Assembly: GCA_904063045.1 (NCBI GenBank)
Contig: CAJFCJ010000088.1
Span: forward strand, 1-45,496
Direction of reading: 5' to 3'
DNA length: 45,496 nucleotides
From: Dimorphilus gyrociliatus
Taxonomy: Eukaryota > Animalia > Annelida
Shown here: piece after piece, positions 1 through 8,547 of the stretch
How the letters are laid out: the number at the start of each line of letters is the position of its first letter
Position numbering within the stretch: position 1 is the first letter of the stretch
Translations under genes and position numbers: made by a program
Notes under the pieces: model-generated
Seen by the model: the letters and a program-made list of their open reading frames with translations, nothing else
Database searches by the model: none
Told to the model about the DNA's origin: nothing

Positions 1-1496
1 AATAGAGCAGATGCATTAACAAGATTAGAAGAATATACACCCCCAAGGAAAGTAACATTTGAAGAGCTAATTCATGGAAAGATCAAAAAGGAGAATTCTC
101 CCTCTATTTCAGTTAAAATGGAACAGTATGAACATACACCAGAGTTAACTTTTGTAGCTACCAGTGATAACAGTGAAGAGAAAATTGATTTGTCTTCTGT
201 TGACTTACAGTCAGAGCAAGAAAAAGATGTGAATTTAAAATCAATTAAAGAATATTTAACATGGATGGTCAGCTACCTATTCCTTATTTTGGAACTTTTA
301 CACCTTTCATAATGGAGATGTTTGTTCACAAGGAAATGATCTGGATTATCCTTGAAGAAAGAAACATTCTGGTTTTACCTGACCATTTGATGCTAACTCT
401 GCTCCCTAAATTCCATAAAAATAAAATTCACAATCACCATGGACCCAGAATGACATTACAAATAATTACAAAGACCTTTTGGCACCCAAAATTAAAGATT
501 ATGATTGAGAATTCAATAAAGGATTGCACTTTGTGTGAACAAATGAATGGTAGGAGTAGAGTATACCCTTTGGTAGAAACCTTTCACCCTGCATCACCAA
601 TGGAGTTGGTAGCCATGGATATAATGGGACCCTTACCCATGGTTAAGTCATACAGATTCATACTTGTGATAGTGGATCATTTCAGTAGATACACAGTTTT
701 ATATGCACTCAAACAGCAAACCAGTAAAGAAATTGCAAACCTTCTTTTCAACAGATTTTTTCCCATTTTTGGAATTCCAAAACAAATGTTGACAGATCAA
801 GGAAGAAACTTTGTTGGTAAAGCTTTTAAAGAGTTTATGAAGGTATTAGGTATTGAGAAAATCCAAACAACAGCTTATAGAAGCCAGAGCAATGGACTAG
901 TTGAACGAAGAAATAGAGAAGTGAGGAAGGAAATCAATAAATTAGTGGTGGAAGAAAATCAGCATAACTGGGTTGCAAACCTACCCTTGATTCAAGCATT
1001 TTTGAATCAATCACCTGTAGGAAGTACAAGACTACCACCCCAGGAACTTCTTTTTGGCACCAGCACAAGAACACTGATTGATGTAACAATGCATACTACC
1101 TCTCCTGAAACAAATGTACTATTTGTATTCAATCACCAGCAGCAATTAGTACAGTTAAGAGCTACAGCCTTCTGTAAATCCATCATGGCAAAAGAACAAT
1201 ATAGGGAAAGAAAGAATAGAAATCTCAATCTTCCAAAATATTTTGAGGTTGATGATGAAGTATTCTTAAGAAATGATGCTGCAAGAATTGCAATAACAAA
1301 AATCCCTTCTTTAAAATGGTTAGGCCCATACCGAATAACAAAAGTCAATCATCAAAAGTGGATATATGAAATACAAATGGATGATAATACATGCAAGTTG
1401 GTACATGGTAGCAGATTAAGACTAGCCAATGAATCTAATAAGTTGGAAACAGGGAAGAAGCAACAACAATCTTTCACCTTGTGGAGAAGGAAATAA
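1..1496 (+). CDS. pol: pol 3' part: RNase H end, linker and integrase (1-nt indel near 260)
   Basis: HHCC finger (HNHHG...CTLCEQ), DDE motifs (VAMDIMGP, TDQGRNF, SNGLVERRN) and GPY motif (KWLGPYRI). Confidence 0.95.
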
Positions 1497-1890
1497 CACA
1501 CCTCCAATATCTTTCTCAGGTAGAAGGAAGAAATGACTTCCAATTCCGTTTGAAGAATCAAAAAGGCAAGAAGTCATTGCCTTGTGTGACACAGGAGCAT
1601 TGAGATCCTTTATTACTGAAAAAGAAATCAAGTTAATGGATGTTACAATTATGGATAAAGAAACAATTGGCTTACCAATTATAACTTCAGCTGATGGGAA
1701 AGCTTTAAAGCAAAAAGGAAGCGTAAAGCTGAATATCCAATTTGCTGGAGAAAGTATGGAACAAGAATTTATAGTTATGGAAAATCTAGACATAGCAATA
1801 ATACTTGGTTGTGATTTCCTACAAACTGTGGGAGCAAACCTCAATTTTGAAGCTAAACAGTGTTCTCTCAAATTTGATAGAAGGAAAGGG
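1450..1890 (+). CDS. Second retroviral-type aspartic protease domain (PR2) directly after integrase
   Basis: ALCDTGALRSFI (DTG at 1588-1596) and IILGCDFL (about 1801-1821). The upstream extension EITHLQYLSQVEGRNDFQFRLKNQKGQEVI is in frame in copies 2 and 3; copy 1 lacks one C near 1567. Confidence 0.92.
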
Positions 1891-2184
1891 AACCTGGCTG
1901 AAAGAATAAGGCAACCTCAACTAAACAAAGTCACTATAGCCATGATGGGACAGCATGACTCTTCATCAGAAAGTTCAGATAGTGATGACTCAGAGATGGA
2001 AGTTACTAATTCTGATACTGGTTATGACACAAGCAATACTTTCAAAACAGACAGTAATTACAGTCTCAATGAACCTTCAAGCTCATCTGAAAGTGATGAC
2101 ACAGAAACAAATAATGAACTGGATCAAAATACAGATTCAGAGGCAAACATTATCTCTGATAGAGAAGATGAAATACCTAGTTCA

Positions 2185-2310
2185 GACGATGAGTCAATAA
2201 TTATTGAAAGCGAAATTATTGATATAACCCATTCGGATAATGAGTCAATAATTATTGAAGGTGAAATTATTGACATAACCCATTCGGATAATGAGTCCCT
2301 CATAGTGGTA
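2185..2310 (+). repeat. 51-nt (17-aa) coding tandem repeat DNESIIIEGEIIDITHS, about 2.4 units, within an acidic spacer
   Basis: Units start at 2185, 2236 and 2287. The same repeat is present in copies 2 and 3. Confidence 0.95.
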
Positions 2311-2523
2311 GATTCATCCCAAGATGAGAAAGAAAATACAAGTGACACAGACAATGAGTCAGTCATATTTTTAGATGAGACTAAAATCATCTCTGAACAA
2401 TTAGATTCCCAACAAGAAGTGGAACCACAATATATAGAGTTAGAAGATGGAATAACTATCAGAGTGGAACAACAACACAAAATTTTCAACCATTCAACTA
2501 TAGCCAACACAGGAAGAGCTAAC

Positions 2524-4944
2524 ATGAAACAGATGTTGTGGCTTCCACTAGTGATGACTGTAATGGTGATCTGTGGCTGCATCCACTCAATAACAGTCCC
2601 AAAACCATCCTACCAAGGTGCCCATGTTACAAGTGCAAACATTACCTTAACATTTAAACCACCATTATACTTTTGTTCTAACCAACTACCAAGCCAGGCA
2701 TTTGATCTAGCAGATGAGCCAACTTGTAATATAGAATCACAAGAAACCAAGACAATTACAGCTGATATCTATGAATTGAACTTGGAAGAAATTGAAACAA
2801 GAGCAGTAAAATGTCAAGTGTATCTAAGAACTAATTTTTACACTTACTATTTCTTTGGAGCAAAGAAGAGGAGGATTGTTAACTCAGTTATCAAAGTAAC
2901 TCATGATCAATGCAGACAGATGATAAAAGACAAACGATCTTTTCAAGGAAAACCTTTAATGGTGAAAAGAAACACTTGGATCCACCAAGATCAGTTTCCT
3001 GCTGCCTACACATGGCCAACAACGACCAAGGTGCTGGAATACACCACAATTATCCAGTTTGGCAAAGCATATTGGCAACCTCCTAATATGAAAATTACAA
3101 CTAATCTGGACTACCTGGAAGATTGTTTACCAGGGCAGTCCTATTGTGAAACAGAAGAGGCAATTATTGTCTTTAGGAACCTCAAGAATAATTACACACT
3201 TGGGCAACAATCACCATGGATAAAAATTAGCAACAGAATTAGTTGTATCAAATTTGCTGGTCACTATTCTTGTCCAGGGTATTCTATTCTGGACATCCCT
3301 TATCAAGATAAGTTTATTGATGGAATTGGTGGTCCTGGAACAAAAGTACTAGTACCACTGGAGGAACAGAGTTTAATACAGGAAACAAGCAAGGAACACC
3401 TATACAATTTGCTACAATATCAGAAGATTGGCAAAAATGAAGAAAAACGACTATTAAACTATCCCAATAAAGTTAAAGAACAAATTATACTATACAAGCG
3501 AAACAACCCCTTACCAAGTCTTAACCAATGGTACAGAGAAACAAACACAAAGTATAAACTAATGAGAAATAAAGGCACACTCAAGGAAGTTGTGATATAT
3601 CATCTACAACAACCCATTAGTCCATCTTACTGGGAGCTGGATAACTATTATATCCAAGAAATGCTGCAAGCAGTCAATTGGACAAGGGCAACAAGACAAT
3701 CTGTCACGATTTCAAAATATGTATACAGTGAGAAAAGAATCAAAAAGAAGGTATTACCAACATTGGGCATATGGTATAAAGGACCACCAGCCAGAGAATT
3801 TAAGATTACCTATGAAGGAATTTATTTTACTCTACACATGAGAATGGCTAAAAAGCAGATGAAGAAGGAAGCAAAACTGAAACATAAGATAAGTAAAAAC
3901 CCATACCACAAATTCCCATTGGAAATGAGAGAAGCTGCCCAAACATCTACCTTACTACATGGTATTGATTCAAATTTTAAGAATTTAAAAAAGTTTACCC
4001 AACAGCTGTCAAGTCTTCTCTGCAATCAATTTGTTCAAAGAAGCAGAATGATGGCATTACTAGCAAATTTGGATCCTCAATTGACCACAGTGTTAACAAA
4101 TGAGTTGGGAATGCACAGTAGTCAGATGGGAGAATTAGCTATAATTAAACAATGTTCACCAATAGCCTCAACAGAAGTAGTTTGTGACTTAAGCATGATA
4201 AAAAAGAATAACAAATGTTCTCAATTTTTACTTGTCACCATGAACAACCTGCTTTTCCAAGTAGAACCAGTTACTCATGTTTTACAGCAAGTCAATCCTG
4301 AAGAGATTACCTATAATGAGTGTAAGTCTAACAAGTTATTCTACAAAACAACTCACAACCCATTAAATCCTATAAGAAACCAACCAATGAAAGACAAAAC
4401 GTATGTGTATTATTCAGAAAGAGGATGCAGATTTCACACTGTGTCTGCAAAATCCATGCAGTTACATATCCACAATCACCTTTCTGAACCAAAAATTGAA
4501 ATTGCCAGATTAGCTGATCTACTCCACCATGGGGTAAAGAAGGATATTGCATACCAGCACTCAAAAATTAAGCAAGTTATCAGTTCACTGGAACAGAAGC
4601 AGGCAAGGTATGATAACATGGTCACTGTTGCAGAGAAAAATGGCATTGTACCCAATTTATCTGGAATTAAAAAGTTTTTCCATAGTTGGTACTATAAACC
4701 TGGGAAAACACTTTATGTTATCATACGAAATATTTGTTTGAGTATTGTAGTGTCAATGGTATGTATCATCATTTTCAACTATATTATTGGAAGAAGAAAA
4801 CAAAGAGAAGAAATTGCTACCCCAAGTGAGAGCACAGATAACTCTCCTGAAAACCCAAAACTAATGAAACAAAGTTGTAGCTTTAGTCAACATCAAACTA
4901 ATGAAGAAGAACAACCACCTGTAATTCTCATTAAATCAAGATGA
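2524..4944 (+). CDS. env: Env-like type I membrane glycoprotein, class III viral fusogen-like
   Basis: Signal-like MKQMLWLPLVMTVMVICGCIHS, Cys-containing ectodomain, N-glycosylation sequons (NIT, NYT, NWT, NLS), TM segment YVIIRNICLSIVVSMVCIIIFNYII followed by GRRKQR. Position between IN and the PPT is typical of env. Open in frame with PR2 (ORF 1582-4944). Confidence 0.85.
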   Translation: MKQMLWLPLVMTVMVICGCIHSITVPKPSYQGAHVTSANITLTFKPPLYFCSNQLPSQAFDLADEPTCNIESQETKTITADIYELNLEEIETRAVKCQVYLRTNFYTYYFFGAKKRRIVNSVIKVTHDQCRQMIKDKRSFQGKPLMVKRNTWIHQDQFPAAYTWPTTTKVLEYTTIIQFGKAYWQPPNMKITTNLDYLEDCLPGQSYCETEEAIIVFRNLKNNYTLGQQSPWIKISNRISCIKFAGHYSCPGYSILDIPYQDKFIDGIGGPGTKVLVPLEEQSLIQETSKEHLYNLLQYQKIGKNEEKRLLNYPNKVKEQIILYKRNNPLPSLNQWYRETNTKYKLMRNKGTLKEVVIYHLQQPISPSYWELDNYYIQEMLQAVNWTRATRQSVTISKYVYSEKRIKKKVLPTLGIWYKGPPAREFKITYEGIYFTLHMRMAKKQMKKEAKLKHKISKNPYHKFPLEMREAAQTSTLLHGIDSNFKNLKKFTQQLSSLLCNQFVQRSRMMALLANLDPQLTTVLTNELGMHSSQMGELAIIKQCSPIASTEVVCDLSMIKKNNKCSQFLLVTMNNLLFQVEPVTHVLQQVNPEEITYNECKSNKLFYKTTHNPLNPIRNQPMKDKTYVYYSERGCRFHTVSAKSMQLHIHNHLSEPKIEIARLADLLHHGVKKDIAYQHSKIKQVISSLEQKQARYDNMVTVAEKNGIVPNLSGIKKFFHSWYYKPGKTLYVIIRNICLSIVVSMVCIIIFNYIIGRRKQREEIATPSESTDNSPENPKLMKQSCSFSQHQTNEEEQPPVILIKSR

Positions 4945-4960
4945 AGGGACTCATCTTCAC

Positions 4961-4974
4961 AAAGAAGGGGGAAG
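4961..4974 (+). promoter_or_regulatory. Polypurine tract (copy 1)
   Basis: AAAGAAGGGGGAAG, 1 nt before the TG of the 3' LTR. Confidence 0.9.
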
Positions 4975-4975
4975 T

Positions 4976-5610
4976 TGTACAACTTTGGTTATATTTTACA
5001 TGCTTGAACTCTATTATTTTATGCAACATATACATGTACATCTTAAAACCTACGCAAGAAAATGCTATAACATTGGCCAAACATAAGTCTGATTAGTCAG
5101 CTTGAAGGCTCATCTTTAATTACCAATAAAGGTTTGGCCAGGTTATAATTTAATTAACTTGCCTAGGGTGTGGCCAAGTTATAATTCAATTAACCTTCCT
5201 AAATGTTGAACCTTGTAACATCCTGTTACTAAAGATAAATATGAACTACACATTTCGGCAACTGTAAAGTGATGATTGGATGTCAGAGACAAACCTCAAA
5301 GTATATAAATTCTCATTATTCTCATTTGGCATGCAGCTTCCATCTGGACCCAAGGACCTGGGAAAATCATCTGGAAACAACCTCCACTGGAACCATCCAT
5401 CTACTCCTCAACATTAGAAGACAGTTTGGTAATTTGGCAACCTGCTTTTACAAACTATCTACTCTGCTATCGAACTCTGATATTGTTACTTGCTTAAGTA
5501 TTATTATTGCGAATAAACCATTTTAATTTAAACATTTGTTTAAAGGTTCGAGTAGAACCAGTATTGTTATAACTTGCAAACACATAGATTTTGCCAGCAA
5601 GAGCAGTACA
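4976..5610 (+). repeat. 3' LTR of copy 1 (635 bp)
   Basis: TGTAC...GTACA termini, TATATAAA at 5302-5309, AATAAA at 5512-5517. Five copies in the window. Confidence 0.97.
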
Positions 5611-7345
5611 AGATAATATGAAATATTTACTTGAAATGCTTGTAAGTATGCTTTGGTATGCTTTGAAGTCAGAAAAATAAAAACAAGAGGAACTTGCTTC
5701 ATATCACCACTCTTCTTAACAAATGAGTGAATAGTGACAAGTTGATAAAATGGTTCTTTTACAATCTTGAAAGTACCATCAATGTACCAACAGTTGGATT
5801 TTGATAATAAATTCAGCTGATGGTTTGTTGCAAAGATTAAAATTCTTTCTCCATTTTCACAAATATCTTTCTGCAAAAATTCATCAGGCAAAAATGTTTC
5901 ATCTAAATTAAAGTTGTACACTTTAGGTTCCACTGGCCTAAACTTTTGTCTATTTGAGTTTGCCATTCTCTTCAAATAGTTGATATCAGGAAGACAAGTT
6001 GCATTGGGTTCATAGGATAGAAGAACTTTTTCAGCAATGCTTCTTCCAGATGTTTGATTATCACTTCTGCAAACAATTTTCAAATCTGTTTTCACTTTAA
6101 TATCCACTTCTAAATTCTTTTTTCTGTTGTGATTATGTTCCAAATTGCCTTTGAGAAATAAATTTCCATTTTGTCTTATTCTGGCCACACATCTTTTCTT
6201 CTTACTTCTCACACTGCACACCCAAATAGTACTTGATGGTGTTTTATGTTTAACAACAAAAGAATATCCATCATTCAGTAAAATGTCATGTCCCTTTCTA
6301 CTTCCTCCTTTTACAATCTCAAAATCACTTTTTGTGGATGATTCACAATATTCTTCAGCATTCTCTTCAACTTCCTCCAAAGAGTCTAGGTCCATTGATT
6401 GGCATTCTGAAAGAACATGATTTTCATCCTCCAATATTGATTCCTCAACTGCAGCAATCTTATTTCTTTCATCAATAAAGCTTTCTTCAGAATTTACTTT
6501 GAATTGATGAATTTCCAGATTAGTTAACTTCTTGAGCATGACAGTACATTTTCTTTTGTTACAAGGTTTGCAAATTGGTATGTTATGTGTTTCTATAAGA
6601 ATATGTTAAAAAATATAATTACATGAAAGCTGATTAAAGAGTTACATACCTGTGCATTTCCTATGAATAAGATTCTTACAAAGGCTGCATTTCAAATATT
6701 TTTGCCTTCCATAAATTGTTGAATGACAATTGTGACATTTGAAAGCCATTTTTTAATCTTCAATCAAATGTAGATGGTTATCTAAAAATATTTCCAGTTA
6801 TCAATAAATTTCCTTTCCAAATATTCAAAATGGCTGAAATTTTATTTATGAAAAATATTCAGCTTTTTCACAATTGAAGATAGTATATTACATCAAAATA
6901 TCATGAATCAACAATCTCAATGATTAGATATAAATACTCACTTCTGTTGAAGCTTCCAAGAAGAACTTTGTCCAAATTTATTCAGTAAATATAGCTTTAC
7001 TTTTGCAAGGATAAATATTCCAAGTGAAAGTTTATTTAATAAAACTATCACTATTAAAATGGCTGCTATTTCACTTTCAACAACATTTTCTTTTAAAGTA
7101 GTAATTTAATATTGATGGGATATGTATTCTATTTAATATCTGCATTCTATCAAATCAATATATTAACAAATATATAATGAAGGAACAGAAGGAAAAAAGG
7201 GTGTCAATGTACATGTTTATTCAAAAATTCAAAAATAAAATAAATATAAAAATAGGGTGCGAACGTACCTGGGTACGTTCGCACCCGCCCAGGGTACGTT
7301 CGCACCCGGGTACGTTCGCACCCAGGTACGTTCACACCCGACCCC
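5611..7345 (-). mobile_element. FLYWCH-MULE (Mutator-like) DNA transposon, 5' half, truncated at the LTR
   Basis: FLYWCH finger (GYSFVVK...WVCSVRSKKKRCVARI...HNH) and MULE first catalytic motif (WYIDGTFKIVKEPFYQL). Terminal 15-mer array at 7255-7345. The reading frame meets a GTAAAT intron start about 20 bp before the LTR end. Confidence 0.85.
7255..7345. repeat. Terminal array of the 15-mer GGTACGTTCGCACCC (4 direct copies, 1 inverted)
   Basis: Inverted copy at 7255-7269; direct copies at 7272, 7293, 7309 and 7325. Confidence 0.92.
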
Positions 7346-7852
7346 AAATCCTCCAACATATTCTGAATTATTATATAACAATGTAGTTGATTCAGTGGTA
7401 CTCTCATCAATTTCCAATGATTCAAATTATTTTACAAAATTGGCTGAATGGAACTTAAATGTTCTTATGGCTACTATTTCTTTTGCATATTCAAGATGTT
7501 TAGGAAATGATAAAAATAATCCAAACCAATGGGTATCAACCTCAGCAACCCCTGATGCAGAAAATAACTGCCCTCCTGGTATGATCAAAATAATTTCTTT
7601 TCCTTTTATTTATATTTATTTTGACTCTTTCTTTTACGCAATAAACCCAGGTGGAAATGGTGATCCTCACTTTACACAAAATGTTATTGATATAAAGACA
7701 AAACAAATTGTTGATATTTGTTATGATATTATTGGAAAAAGTGGTCAACATATATCTATTCTACATCATAATTCAACCAATACAATTGTTAAAGGTGTTC
7801 TTAAAGATGATTATTACATGCAAAAGATCATTATCCAAAGTAAAGTTGGTAC
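7346..7852 (+). other. Fragment of an unidentified host coding sequence cut by the 5' LTR of copy 2
   Basis: Open frame with a probable short intron (GGTATG near 7578). No recognisable domain. Confidence 0.35.
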
Positions 7853-8487
7853 TGTACAACTTTGGTTATATTTTACATGCTTGAACTCTATTATTTTATG
7901 CAACATATACATGTACATCTTAAAACCTACGCAAGAAAATGCTATAACATTGGCCAAACATAAGTCTGATTAGTCAGCTTGAAGGTTCATCTTTAATTAC
8001 CAATAAAGGTTTGGCCAAGTTATAATTTAATTAACTTGCCTAGGGTGTGGCCAAGTTATAATTCAATTAACCTTCCTAAATGTTGAACCTTGTAACATCC
8101 TGTTACTAAAGATAAATATGAACTACACATTTCGGCAACTGTAAAGTGATGATTGGATGTCAGAGACAAACCTCAAAGTATATAAATCCTCATTATTCTC
8201 ATTTGGCATGCAGCTTCCATCTGGACCCAAGGACCTGGGAAAATCATCTGGAAACAACCTCCACTGGAACCATCCATCTACTCCTCAACATTGGAAGACA
8301 GTTTGGTAATTTGGCAACCTGCTATTACAAACTATCTACTCTGCTATTGAACTCTCATATTGTTACTTGCTTAAGTATTATTATTGCGAATAAACCATTT
8401 TAATTTAAACATTTGTTTAAAGGTTCGAGTAGAACCAGTATTGTTATAACTTGCAAACGCATAGATTTTGCCAGCAAGAGCAGTACA
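7853..8487 (+). repeat. 5' LTR of copy 2 (635 bp)
   Basis: Same sequence and termini as the other LTRs. Confidence 0.97.
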
Positions 8488-8491
8488 AATT

Positions 8492-8509
8492 TGGCGCAGT
8501 CGACAGGAT
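8492..8509 (+). promoter_or_regulatory. Primer binding site complementary to a tRNA-Ser-type 3' end
   Basis: TGGCGCAGTCGACAGGAT, 4 nt after the LTR. Its reverse complement ATCCTGTCGACTGCGCCA resembles eukaryotic tRNA-Ser(AGA/UGA) 3' ends (from recall, not searched). Confidence 0.8.
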
Positions 8510-8547
8510 ATTCTTTTGGTTTATTCAAAAGTTTTGAGAAAGTAAAT

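Larger units (their letters stand above)
1..5610 (+). mobile_element. Ty3/Gypsy LTR retroelement with env, copy 1 (5' part outside the window)
   Basis: Begins in the RNase H C-terminus (NRADALTR). Integrase, second protease, env-like ORF, PPT and a 635-bp LTR ending ...GCAGTACA at 5610 follow. Near-identical to copies 2 and 3. Confidence 0.97.

Noticed and set aside
1422-2582. Antisense ORFs over pol/env (149 aa, 152 aa and their copies)
   Set aside because: Shadow frames of low-complexity or biased coding sequence with no motifs.
5269-5526. 85-aa ORF repeated five times (5269, 8146, 16874, 25898, 37413)
   Set aside because: Lies inside the LTR across the TATA/R region, has no ATG start in context and no recognisable motif. 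The repetition only reflects LTR copies.
5611-5614. AGAT after the copy 1 LTR matches the 4 bp upstream of the solo LTR in element orientation
   Set aside because: Only 4 bp in AT-rich DNA. The joined flanks (MULE intron and GPCR exon) are unrelated and the two LTRs differ at many sites.
8413-8547. N-terminal extension of gag from a TTG inside the LTR
   Set aside because: ORF-caller artefact that crosses U5 and the PBS. The first ATG at 8548 is the plausible start.
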